Assembly: GCA_963711565.1 (NCBI GenBank)
Contig: CAVQEQ010000004.1
Location: 1,472,001 to 1,536,000 of the forward strand
Direction of reading: 5' to 3'
Length of the DNA stretch: 64,000 nucleotides
DNA from: an uncultured delta proteobacterium
GTDB lineage: Bacteria > Desulfobacterota > Binatia > Binatales > Binataceae
Below the pieces are notes generated by a model, which did no database searches, was not told the origin of the DNA, and saw only the letters and a program-made list of their open reading frames with translations. A program made the position numbers and the translations under genes. Position 1 is the stretch's first letter, and every line of letters starts with the position of its first letter. Below, piece after piece: positions 29,495 to 39,912 of the stretch.

Positions 29495-31930
29495 ATGGAC
29501 GAACGCTACGACCCCAAAATCATCGAGCCCTTCTGGCAGGCCGAATGGGACCGCACCAATCTCTACCTCACCCGCGAGGACCCCGGCCGCCCGAAATTCT
29601 ACCTCCTCGAGATGTTCCCCTATCCCAGTGGCGCCGGCCTCAGCGTCGGCCACTTGCACAACTACGTCCCATGCGACGTCGTCGGCCGTTACAAGCGGAT
29701 GGCGGGATTCAACGTGCTGCATCCGATGGGATGGGACGCGTTCGGCTTGCCCGCCGAGAACGAGGCCATCCTCAAGGGCTCGCATCCGACCGAGACCGTC
29801 CCGCGCTATGCCGCCAACTTCAAGCGCCAGCTGACGATCTCCGGATGCGCTTACGATTGGTCGCGCGAGATCAATTCGTCGTCGCCCGAGTACTACCGAT
29901 GGACCCAGTGGTTCTTCCTGATGCTCCTGAAGCGCGGGCTCGCCTACCGCGCAAACGGCGCGCAATGGTGGTGCGACAAGTGCCAGACCATTCTCGCCAA
30001 CGAGCAGGTCATCAACGGATGCTGCTGGCGGCACACGGACAACCCCGTCACCAAGAAAGATCTCGAGCAGTGGTACATCAAGATCACCGACTACGCCGAT
30101 CGATTGCTCGCCGATCTTGACGGCATCGATTGGCCCGAGCCGATCAAGCTGATGCAACGAAACTGGATCGGCCGCAGCGAGGGCGCCGAACTCGCCTTCC
30201 CGGTCACCGGTCACAAAGGTAAAGAGGTCCGCTTCTTCACGACGCGTCCCGACACTGTCTTCGGCGTGTCGTTCATGGTGCTCGCACCGGAGCATCCACT
30301 CGTCGCCGAGGTAACTACTCCCGCGCATCGCGTGACAGTCGAAGACTACGTGATCGAAGCGCGCCGCCAGACTGAAATCGAACGCATGTCCACAGTGAAG
30401 GAGAAATCCGGCGTCTTCACCGGCGCTTACGCGCGCAACGTCTTCACCGGCAAAGACATCCCGATCTGGATCGCCGACTACGTCCTGATGGGCTACGGCA
30501 CCGGCGCGATCATGGCCGCGCCCGGCGAGGATCAACGCGATTTCGAATTCGCGACGAAGTTTGGCCTCGAGATCCCGCGCGTTACCGCACCCGCCGACGG
30601 CTCGACACCGCCCGCCGATCGCGCCTTCAGCGACCACGGCATCGCGATAAATTCCGGCTTCCTCAACGGCAAGACGACGGCTGAAGCGCTCGCCGCCGTC
30701 GCAAAATACGCCGAGGATCACGGCATCGGCCGCGCCACCATCAACTACCGGATGCGCGATTGGCTGATCTCGCGCCAGCGCTACTGGGGATGCCCCATCC
30801 CAATCGTTTACTGCAAGACCGACGGCATCGTCCCCGTACCCGAAGACCATCTGCCCGTGATGCTTCCACCGATGAAGGATTACCTGCCGTCCGGCACCGG
30901 CCGCTCCCCGCTCGCCAACGTGCCGGAGTTCGTCAACACGACCTGCCCCAAATGCGGCGGCCCGGCCGAGCGCGAGACCGACACGCTCGACGGCTTCGCC
31001 TGCTCGTCATGGTACTTCCTGCGCTTCGCCTCGCCGCACGAAAACGCGCGCCCGTTCGATCGCCGTGCTGCCGATTACTGGCTGCCGGTCGATCTCTACG
31101 TCGGCGGCGCCGAGCACGCCGTGATGCATCTGCTGTACGCGCGGATGTGGACGAAAGTCATGTTCGACGAGGAGCTGATCGGTTTCGACGAGCCGTTCCC
31201 CAGTTTGCGCAACCAGGGTCAGGTGTGGGCGTCTGACGGCCACCGCATGTCGAAGAGCAGGGGCAACATCGTCACGCCGGACGCGATGATCGACAAGTAC
31301 GGCGCCGACGCGCTGCGGCTCTGGGAGCTCTACATGAGCCCCTTCGACGAAGCGACCAACTGGAACGAAGGCGGCATCGCCGGCACGCAAAGATTCCTCC
31401 AGCGCGTCTGGACGATGCTCCGCCGCTACGTCGATGCGGGCGCGCCAACCGGCAATCCCACTGAGGAGACTCTAAAGCGCACCCACAAAACCATCCAACT
31501 GGTAACCGATCACATCGACCGCCTCCGCTTCAACACCGCCCTGGCCGCGATGATGGATCACCTGAACTACATCGCAAAACTAAAACCCACCGAGATGGGC
31601 CGCTTCGCAACCGAATCTTTTATCTTACTACTAGCCCCAATGGCCCCCCACATAACCGAAGAAATCTGGCGCGCATTAGGCCACACGAATTCAATCCACT
31701 TAGAGCCGTGGCCAAAATTCGATCCAAACCTGGTCTTCGACGAAATGGTAACCGTGGTGGTGCAGGTAAACGGCAAAGTCCGCGACCGCCTGGAAGTCCC
31801 GGCCGGCACCCCCGAAACTGAGGTGCGCACCCTCGCCCTAGCTAGCGACGCGGTGAAACGTCACCTAGATGGCAAACCCCCAAAGAAGTTCATCTTCATA
31901 AAAGACAAAATGCTAAGCATCGTCGCATAG
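29495..31930 (+). CDS. leuS: Leucine--tRNA ligase
   Basis: LEMFPYPSG, HPMGWDAFGLPAEN, MQRNWIGRSEG, FTTRPDT, ISRQRYWG.PIP, GGAEHA, MSKS, VQVNGKVR. Confidence 0.97.
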   Translation: MDERYDPKIIEPFWQAEWDRTNLYLTREDPGRPKFYLLEMFPYPSGAGLSVGHLHNYVPCDVVGRYKRMAGFNVLHPMGWDAFGLPAENEAILKGSHPTETVPRYAANFKRQLTISGCAYDWSREINSSSPEYYRWTQWFFLMLLKRGLAYRANGAQWWCDKCQTILANEQVINGCCWRHTDNPVTKKDLEQWYIKITDYADRLLADLDGIDWPEPIKLMQRNWIGRSEGAELAFPVTGHKGKEVRFFTTRPDTVFGVSFMVLAPEHPLVAEVTTPAHRVTVEDYVIEARRQTEIERMSTVKEKSGVFTGAYARNVFTGKDIPIWIADYVLMGYGTGAIMAAPGEDQRDFEFATKFGLEIPRVTAPADGSTPPADRAFSDHGIAINSGFLNGKTTAEALAAVAKYAEDHGIGRATINYRMRDWLISRQRYWGCPIPIVYCKTDGIVPVPEDHLPVMLPPMKDYLPSGTGRSPLANVPEFVNTTCPKCGGPAERETDTLDGFACSSWYFLRFASPHENARPFDRRAADYWLPVDLYVGGAEHAVMHLLYARMWTKVMFDEELIGFDEPFPSLRNQGQVWASDGHRMSKSRGNIVTPDAMIDKYGADALRLWELYMSPFDEATNWNEGGIAGTQRFLQRVWTMLRRYVDAGAPTGNPTEETLKRTHKTIQLVTDHIDRLRFNTALAAMMDHLNYIAKLKPTEMGRFATESFILLLAPMAPHITEEIWRALGHTNSIHLEPWPKFDPNLVFDEMVTVVVQVNGKVRDRLEVPAGTPETEVRTLALASDAVKRHLDGKPPKKFIFIKDKMLSIVA

Positions 31931-31937
31931 CACCGCG

Positions 31938-32606
31938 GTGGCGTTACCGGGTGATTTTCTCTTCCTCGATGAAAGCGGCGATCTCGGATCAGCGGCGGGC
32001 AGTACACCTGTCTTCGCGATTGGGATACTACACCTCGATTCGCGTGACGCGCTCAAGCGCGCGATCAAAAGAGCGCGGCGTAAATCGCTCGGTCGCAGTG
32101 CCCAATCCAACGAAATGAAGTGGTCGCAGAGCAGCGCCCGCGTCAGGATGGCGGTCATCGGCCAGATCGTCCGCGAAGCATCCCAGATCGCTGGAGTTTC
32201 GGCCTGTGTGATCGATAAGCAATGGATTAACAGGTCGTTCGCGAAGCGACGGGAGGAAGTGCGATACAATTACGCAGTTAGATTCGCGCTTGAGAAAGGA
32301 GGTCTGTTCGCCGCAGGCGCGAAGGGTCGAAGGATTCATCTCGCGATAGACGCCAGGAATCGTCGCGCGACTGACACCTTGACCGAGTACGTCGAGCTTC
32401 TAATGACCAACAACGAATTGCCCTGCACCGTCGTAGTAAGTTCGGACGATTCGGCCCGGAGGCCTCAGCTTCAAGCAGCCGACTTCGTCATTGGATCGAT
32501 TTATTCAGCATACGCTCACGGGGAATGGCGCTATTTGAACGCGCTTAGAGATGGCGGGATACAGGTCCAACTGCGGATACTGAAAAAGAAAGCGCCAGCT
32601 CCCTGA
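31938..32606 (+). CDS. DUF3800 domain protein
   Basis: N-terminal FLDESG, EMKWS, IDAR, C-terminal LQAADFV; codon usage unlike the flanking core genes. Confidence 0.8.
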   Translation: MALPGDFLFLDESGDLGSAAGSTPVFAIGILHLDSRDALKRAIKRARRKSLGRSAQSNEMKWSQSSARVRMAVIGQIVREASQIAGVSACVIDKQWINRSFAKRREEVRYNYAVRFALEKGGLFAAGAKGRRIHLAIDARNRRATDTLTEYVELLMTNNELPCTVVVSSDDSARRPQLQAADFVIGSIYSAYAHGEWRYLNALRDGGIQVQLRILKKKAPAP

Positions 32607-32661
32607 GGCCTCTTTGAGTGCCCGAATCCACGGGCGAGGTGACTCAGGACTTACGCTGGCT
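32583..32661 (-). ncRNA. Candidate structured ncRNA convergent with and overlapping the DUF3800 stop
   Basis: Nested stems GCCAGC/GCTGGC, CCTGAG/CTCAGG, CCTC/GAGG, GCCCG/CGGGC; U-tract on the minus strand (32583-32591); TACACT -10-like box at 32668-32673. Confidence 0.55.
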
Positions 32662-32818
32662 GATCGGAGTGTAGCCTACAATTGAAATTATAGATATATC
32701 CCAACCAAACCACGCTGCCGCGCGAGAGCGTTTGATCGATGCGCTCAACGAGACTCGACCTAGACACTTTCGCGCCGATTGAAAACTGTTCGCGTTTCGT
32801 TCTCCTGAACTTTCTGAC

Positions 32819-32834
32819 CGTTTCACGTGAAACG
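32819..32834. promoter_or_regulatory. parS-like site 1
   Basis: CGTTTCACGTGAAACG perfect palindrome; core matches parS consensus tGTTTCACGTGAAACa. Confidence 0.75.
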
Positions 32835-32983
32835 TTCGCGTCGAATAGCCCAACCGCCACAACGATTATTCGGACTTTCGACGAAATTCTCTGCACCATT
32901 TGCACGTCGCGCGATGCTTCTGCGATGTGGATCCTCAAAAAGAGTCCGTTCCGGCTCGCCTTTTCCTTCTCCTGAACCAAAAA

Positions 32984-32999
32984 CGTTTCACGTGAAACG
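32984..32999. promoter_or_regulatory. parS-like site 2
   Basis: CGTTTCACGTGAAACG, extends to a 20-bp palindrome at 32982-33001. Confidence 0.75.
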
Positions 33000-33130
33000 T
33001 TCGCGTCTGAAACGTCAGCAAACACAACGGTTATTCGCGATTTCGATCCAAATCGCTGCGCCATCTTGATGGGTGCGCACTGGCCGTGCGATGCTCGCGA
33101 CGATACCGACATCCGCAAGGAGCGAACGAC

Positions 33131-33901
33131 ATGGCCGAGGAAGTTCTCAAAGTCACACGCCAGCCGAACTACGCGGTTCTGACCCTGAACCGTCCTGAAA
33201 AACGCAACGCGCTCAATCAGCCGCTGATCGACGCGCTCGACCAGGCGCTCCGCAAGTTCGAAAACGATCGCGAAGTCCGCGCGCTGCTCCTGCGCGGCGA
33301 GGGCGCGAGCTTCTGTGCGGGGATCGATCTCAAAGAAGTGGATGAGACGACCGGCGGCCACAACCCGACTTCGCTCGAATCCGTGTTTGGGCGGCTGGAG
33401 CGGTTTCCCGTGCCGACCATCGCGGCCGTGCAAGGCGCCGCGCTCGCTGGAGGCCTCGAGCTGGCGCTCCATTGCGATCTTCGAATCGCGTCGGACAATG
33501 CGAAGCTCGGCATGACGCTCGGGCGCGTCGGCCTGATGGTGCCGTACGACTTCACGCGCAAGCTGATCGAGGTCTGCGGCTCGGCCAACACTGCCTGGAT
33601 TCTCTACACCGCCGACCTGCTCGACGCCGAGCGCGGCCGCCACATGAACATCGTTCACAACGTCGTCGCCGACGCGAAGCTCGCCGAGGCCACGACCGCG
33701 CTGGCCGAGAAGATCGCAGCCAACGCCCCACTCTCACTGCGCGCGATGAAGGCGACGGTCCGCCGATGCATGAGCGAGACGTTCGATGCATGGCACGACG
33801 ACATGCTCCAGATGGCGCGCTCGGTCCGCGAGAGCAGCGACGCCAAGGAAGGCGTCCGCGCCTTCCTGGAAAAGCGCAAACCCGTCTGGAAGGCGCAGTA
33901 G
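33131..33901 (+). CDS. Enoyl-CoA hydratase/isomerase family protein
   Basis: LNRPEKRNAL, FCAGIDL, GGLELALHCDLRIA, DAKEGVRAFLEKRKP. Confidence 0.92.
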   Translation: MAEEVLKVTRQPNYAVLTLNRPEKRNALNQPLIDALDQALRKFENDREVRALLLRGEGASFCAGIDLKEVDETTGGHNPTSLESVFGRLERFPVPTIAAVQGAALAGGLELALHCDLRIASDNAKLGMTLGRVGLMVPYDFTRKLIEVCGSANTAWILYTADLLDAERGRHMNIVHNVVADAKLAEATTALAEKIAANAPLSLRAMKATVRRCMSETFDAWHDDMLQMARSVRESSDAKEGVRAFLEKRKPVWKAQ

Positions 33902-33913
33902 CTTCTCTGATGA

Positions 33914-33939
33914 AAGTAGGACGGAATTTATTCCGTCAA
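33914..33939 (+). repeat. GTAG-type REP palindrome
   Basis: Identical to 27423-27448. Confidence 0.8.
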
Positions 33940-33952
33940 GCAGCGCCCGCAA

Positions 33953-34989
33953 TCACTCCGAGTGACGCCCCAGCGCGTTCCGAATCGCGGCCGCAGTCTG
34001 CAGCAACGTGCTCGGCAGGTTCAGCGTCCCCGCGACATTTGAGTATGGATACAGCCGCGCATTGATATGCGCGTGCAGCGGCAATCCCTCGCCCTGATGA
34101 ATTTCATAGTCGAGCGGCAGCGGCCCGAGGATCATCAGTATCCGATAGATCGCATTGGCGAACTGCCGCATCTGCTCCGGCGTCAGCTCCGATACCAGTC
34201 CACGAAAGTCCGGCATCACCACATCGTAACTGCGCGGGAACAAACCAATCGGGCTCGCATAGCTGACGATCGAGTCACCGCGATCGATCACCAGCCCGAG
34301 CCGCTCCATCAGCGCGACCAGCTCGTGCCACAGATGAGGATTCTCACGCTCGGCGCGCGCCTCCGCGAGCACCACCGGAAACGGCTCCGGCGATCCGATG
34401 ATCTGTTGATGCAGATGCGGCTGCGACGCGCCCGACTCGCGCCCTGGTTCTTGCGAATCACGACCGAGCAAACATCGGGATTCCCCAACGCTAGCCGCAT
34501 CACACGCGCATCGGCTTGCATCAGATGCAGGAAATGTGCGCCGCCCAGCGCGCCGGTGAAAATCAAATCGGCGGACGATCGCGGCGCATCGATAAAGTGC
34601 CGCGGGTCTTCGATCACGATGTACGACTCGTTGCGATTGCCGGTAAGCTCTGCGGGAATCCGCGGGAAGAGGTTGTTGATCACGCGCACCACCCACGGCG
34701 CTCTATCGTCCGTCTTCGTGCCGCTCCATTCGCGGATTTCCTCGCGCGTCATCCGAAACAGCTCGCGCGTCGTCATGCTCTCGTTGCCCGGACAGAACGG
34801 ACACGCCTCGGTCGCGTGACGAATCGCCTCGGGCGTCAACTGCGCGGCCTCGGGATCGACGCTCTCGCGCCCGCTGAGCGTGAATGCGAAGCTCTTGCCG
34901 CGAACATCGACAACGTATGAAATCACGCCGGTGATCGGATTCTTGATCCAGACCAGGGCGCCATCGCGAATTTCACATTCTATCGGCAT
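33953..34989 (-). CDS. GalT/HIT-family nucleotidyltransferase, -1 frameshift at ~34443
   Basis: CPFCPGNE, VRVINNLFP, and after the frame change NQG-RESGASQPHLHQQ (HxHxQ). Confidence 0.8.
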
Positions 34990-35067
34990 CGGAACGTGAT
35001 CACCTTTAACAATTGCCGCGACGCCATTACAACGTCGCCTCGAAACCGGCGCGAACGGCGCGTCACC

Positions 35068-35096
35068 TTGACTCTGCCCATCGGCTCCGTTATCCC
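35068..35096 (+). promoter_or_regulatory. Sigma70-like promoter
   Basis: TTGACT-17 bp-TATCCC. Confidence 0.45.
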
Positions 35097-35138
35097 AAGT
35101 GGTGAGGACGGGGACCCGGCAAAGCCGGGACAAATCGG

Positions 35139-35178
35139 GGTCTGGCGATCCGCATCCGCGGGTACCAGCCTTTTTTTT
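35139..35178 (+). terminator. Terminator/attenuator hairpin in the 5' leader of the serine operon
   Basis: GGTCTGG-CGATCCGC-ATCC-GCGGGTA-CCAGCC followed by 8 T, ~20 nt before the ATG. Confidence 0.55.
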
Positions 35179-35198
35179 GGTTTTTTCAGTAGTCAGAA

Positions 35199-36353
35199 AT
35201 GCCACAGATGAAAAAATATCTTTTCACTCCCGGGCCGGCGCCGGTGCCGCCCGAGGTCTTGCTCGAAATGGCGCGTCCGATCATTCATCATCGCACGCCC
35301 GAGTTCAGTGCCGCGCTCGACCAGGCGCGCGATCGGATGAAGCCGCTTTACGGCACCACGTCGGGCGAAGTGATTCTGCTCTCGTCAACCGGCACCGGCG
35401 CGATGGAAGCGGCGGTGATCAATCTGCTGCAAGCCGGCGAGCATGCAATCTACGTCAACGGCGGCAAGTTCGGCGAGCGATGGGGCAAGCTGCTCTCGAC
35501 CTTCGGCATGATCGGGCACGAGGTGCGCGTCGAATGGGGTCGCGCCGCACGGCCGGGGCAAATCGAGGATGCGTTCAAGGCGTATCCCGAGTCGCGCGCC
35601 GTGCTGGTGCAGGCCAGCGAGACTTCGACGTGCGCAATCCATCCCGTCGCGCCGATTGGCGAGATCACTCGCAAGAGCGGCGCGATGCTGATCGTCGATG
35701 GGATCACGTCGGTCGGCGTGTTCGAGCAGAAGATGGACGAATGGGGCGTTGACGCGTTCGTCACCGGCAGCCAGAAAGCGCTGATGCTGCCGCCGGGTCT
35801 CGGAATGGTCGCGCTGTCGGCACGCGCCATCGACGTCGCGAAGACCAGCAAGACGCCGCGCTTCTATTTCGACTTGCTCAAAGAGTTGAAGGCGCAGCGC
35901 GACGAGCATACCACCGCATGGACGGCGGCCGTGTCGCTGATCTTCGGACTCAACAAATCACTCGAACTGATTCACGCCGAAGGCCTGCCGCAGGTCTATG
36001 CGCGGCACGCGCTGATGGCCGAGGCAACTCGCGACGCCGCCACGGATCTGGGATTGAAACTTATCGCGCCCGACAATCCCGCTCCCGGCGTCACCGGTAT
36101 CCTCGTTCCTGAAGGTCTCGACGGCGGCAAGCTGGTCAAGTTCCTGCGCGACAATCTTGGAGTGTCGGTGCAAGGCGGGCAGGATCAGATGAAGGGCAAG
36201 CTCGTGCGCATCGGGCACATGGGTCACTTGAGTCCGTTCGATACGCTGATCGCGGTGAGCGCGCTCGAGCTCGGACTCAAACATATTGGCGCAAACATTC
36301 AACTTGGCGCCGGCGTTGCCGCCGTTCAGGCGCGCCTGGCACGGAGCATCTAA
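35199..36353 (+). CDS. Class V PLP aminotransferase (serine-pyruvate/phosphoserine aminotransferase-like)
   Basis: FTPGP, HHRTPEF, TGTGAMEA, NGGKFGERW, GSQKALMLPPG, RIGHMG; upstream of serA. Confidence 0.9.
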   Translation: MPQMKKYLFTPGPAPVPPEVLLEMARPIIHHRTPEFSAALDQARDRMKPLYGTTSGEVILLSSTGTGAMEAAVINLLQAGEHAIYVNGGKFGERWGKLLSTFGMIGHEVRVEWGRAARPGQIEDAFKAYPESRAVLVQASETSTCAIHPVAPIGEITRKSGAMLIVDGITSVGVFEQKMDEWGVDAFVTGSQKALMLPPGLGMVALSARAIDVAKTSKTPRFYFDLLKELKAQRDEHTTAWTAAVSLIFGLNKSLELIHAEGLPQVYARHALMAEATRDAATDLGLKLIAPDNPAPGVTGILVPEGLDGGKLVKFLRDNLGVSVQGGQDQMKGKLVRIGHMGHLSPFDTLIAVSALELGLKHIGANIQLGAGVAAVQARLARSI

Positions 36354-36359
36354 AATAAC

Positions 36360-37955
36360 ATGGCGGAAACTTTCCGCGTCCTTCTAAGCGACTCGCTAGC
36401 GGCGCAGGGGATCGAAGTTCTCAAGCGCTTCCCGCAGTTACAGTTCGACGTCAAAACCGGCCTCAAGCCCGAGGAGCTGGCGAAAATAATCGCGCCCTAC
36501 GACGCGCTGCTGATTCGCAGCGGCACTCGCGTCACGCGCGAAGTGATCGACGCCGCCACTTCGCTCAAAGTGATCGGACGCGCCGGCGTTGGCGTCGACA
36601 ACGTCGATATCGAAGCGGCGACGCGCCGCGGAATTGTCGTGATGAACAGCCCGACGGGCAACAGCGTTACGACCGCCGAGCACGCGGTCACGATGATGAT
36701 GGCGCTGGCGCGGCATATCCCGGCGGCGGACGCGTCGATCCACGCCGGCAAATGGGAGCGCGGCAAATTCACCGGCACCGAGGTCTGCAACAAGACGCTC
36801 GGCGTCGTCGGCCTCGGTAACATCGGACGTATCGTCGCCGACCGCGGTCTTGGGCTGAGGATGAAAGTGATCGGCTACGATCCGATCCTGACGGCTGACG
36901 CCGCCGGGCGCATCGGCGTCGAGCTGGTCAGTCTCGACGAGCTTTTTGCGCGCGCCGACTTCATCACGGTACACACTCCGTTGACCAACGACACGAAGGG
37001 CATTGTCGGCGCGGCAGCGTTCGCGAAGATGAAGAAGGGAGTGCGAATCATCAACTGCGCGCGCGGCGGCATCGTCGATGAAGCCGCGCTCGCCGACGCG
37101 CTGAAGTCCGGCAAGGTCGCCGGCGCCGCGCTGGACGTGTTCGTCGAGGAGCCGCCGCCGGCCAACCATCCGCTGCTCCATCTCGACTCCGTGATCGCAA
37201 CGCCGCACCTCGGCGCCGCCACCGACGAAGCGCAAGTCCAGGTCTCGGTCGATATCGCGCATCAGGTCGCCGAGTTCCTGATCGACGGCACGATTCGGCA
37301 GGCGGTGAACATCCCGGCGCTGTCCACCAAGGAGCTCGAAATACTTGGACCGCATCTCACGCTCGGCGAGAAGCTGGGCCGGCTAGCCGCGCAACTGATC
37401 ACCGACGCGCCGACGGAGTTGACGCTTGCGTTCGGCGGCGAAGCGGCGAATCTCAAGCCCGACGCGATCACCGCCGCAGTTCTGAAGGGCTTGATGAGCG
37501 GCTTTCTCGACGAGGATTTGAATTACGTCAACGCGCCGTTCATCGCGCGCGAGCGCGGCATCAGCATTATCGAGACGCGCTCGCGCGAAGTCACAGACTA
37601 CGTCAATACCTTGACGCTCACGGTTCGTACCGGCGCCGGCGAGCATGAAGTCTCCGGGGCAGTGCTGGGAAATCGCGCGCTGCGCCTGACGCGGATCGAC
37701 GGCTACCGCGTCGAGTCGGTGCCCGAGGGCTACTTCCTGATGCTGCACAATCGCGACGTGCCCGGCGTGGTGGGCGCGGTGGGCACGATGCTCGGGCAGG
37801 CTGGAGTCAATATTGGCGGACTGGAGCTCGGCCGCGATCGCGTGGGAGGAACCGCGCTCAGCATTTTCGAAGTGGACGAGCCGGTGCCAAGCACCGTCCT
37901 CGACAAGCTCAAGACGATTCCCGCGATTACGGCGGCGTCGCTGCTCAAGCTCTGA
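36360..37955 (+). CDS. serA: D-3-phosphoglycerate dehydrogenase
   Basis: GRAGVGVDNVD, GLGNIG, NCARGG, TPHLGA, ASB and ACT domains (NRDVPGVVG). Confidence 0.96.
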   Translation: MAETFRVLLSDSLAAQGIEVLKRFPQLQFDVKTGLKPEELAKIIAPYDALLIRSGTRVTREVIDAATSLKVIGRAGVGVDNVDIEAATRRGIVVMNSPTGNSVTTAEHAVTMMMALARHIPAADASIHAGKWERGKFTGTEVCNKTLGVVGLGNIGRIVADRGLGLRMKVIGYDPILTADAAGRIGVELVSLDELFARADFITVHTPLTNDTKGIVGAAAFAKMKKGVRIINCARGGIVDEAALADALKSGKVAGAALDVFVEEPPPANHPLLHLDSVIATPHLGAATDEAQVQVSVDIAHQVAEFLIDGTIRQAVNIPALSTKELEILGPHLTLGEKLGRLAAQLITDAPTELTLAFGGEAANLKPDAITAAVLKGLMSGFLDEDLNYVNAPFIARERGISIIETRSREVTDYVNTLTLTVRTGAGEHEVSGAVLGNRALRLTRIDGYRVESVPEGYFLMLHNRDVPGVVGAVGTMLGQAGVNIGGLELGRDRVGGTALSIFEVDEPVPSTVLDKLKTIPAITAASLLKL

Positions 37956-38037
37956 ATTTAATTTTGGCGCGCGAACATTTTCAGCCCGACAGGTGCGCGC
38001 GGAGATCGGCGAAACTGACGCCGGCCGGGGGAGAGAC

Positions 38038-39333
<1,296 letters not shown>

Positions 39334-39340
39334 CGCATCG

Positions 39341-39568
39341 CTAGCCGTTCAGCAGTTTGACGAATTCCTCGACCGTCATTCCTGCTTTTCGGATCAGGCT
39401 GCGAAGAAGACCGGGACCGAGTTCTCGATGTAGTGGAACCGCGAGGACTACTACCGCGCCAGATTTCGTCATCGTCACGTGGCTTCCCTTGCGCGACGCT
39501 CGCAACCAGCTCGAACGTTCAAAAGCCCGGATTGCGTCGGCTCCAGAGCATACTGGCAATCTAGCCAT
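39341..39568 (-). CDS. HicA-family toxin
   Basis: KGSH, VPLHREL..GLLRSLIRKAG.TVEEF. Confidence 0.88.
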   Translation of the reverse strand: MARLPVCSGADAIRAFERSSWLRASRKGSHVTMTKSGAVVVLAVPLHRELGPGLLRSLIRKAGMTVEEFVKLLNG

Positions 39569-39614
39569 CGATTCCTCGGAGCTATTTTGAAGCGATTTTC
39601 GGGAAGGCGACTAG

Positions 39615-39636
39615 AGGGGAATTAAATTCCCCCTAC
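39615..39636 (-). repeat. GTAG-type REP-like palindrome between hicB and hicA
   Basis: Minus strand GTAG-GGGGAATTTAATTCCCC. Confidence 0.55.
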
Positions 39637-39650
39637 TGGCATCCAGGAAA

Positions 39651-39866
39651 TTAACCCGTTGAGGTCTTTATTTCGACTTCGGCGACCTCAATTTGCGTCG
39701 GGATCCCATACTGTCGCCGCGTTTCCAAGCTCGCTTCGATAGCCTCTCTGATATTCGCGAGAGCTTCGGCTTCGGTGCGGCCTTGCGACAGACAACCAGG
39801 AAGGGCCGGGCACTCGACGACGATAAATCCGTCCTCATCGCGTTCGAGCGTCACCAGGAACTTCAT
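39651..39866 (-). CDS. HicB-family antitoxin (short, no DNA-binding domain)
   Basis: EDG..VECPALPGCLSQGRT.AEALANIREAI. Confidence 0.9.
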   Translation of the reverse strand: MKFLVTLERDEDGFIVVECPALPGCLSQGRTEAEALANIREAIEASLETRRQYGIPTQIEVAEVEIKTSTG

Positions 39867-39912
39867 GATTTCACTCTAGCACACGGAATCCCGCAACGGA
39901 TCTCCGCGCGCC

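Noticed and set aside
31440-31930. Diversity-generating retroelement variable region
   Set aside because: DGRs mutate adenines away and need an RT and a template repeat; here adenines are gained at synonymous sites and no RT or TR is present.
32644-33069. Small ORFs containing NVSRET/FHVKR peptides
   Set aside because: These are translations of the parS palindromes in intergenic DNA.
35089-35135. SAM-I or c-di-GMP-I riboswitch
   Set aside because: Only superficial similarity (TTATC..GGTG.AGG, GCAAAGCC); the conserved GCAACC/GGTGC/GATGA elements and the two-stem GEMM architecture are missing.
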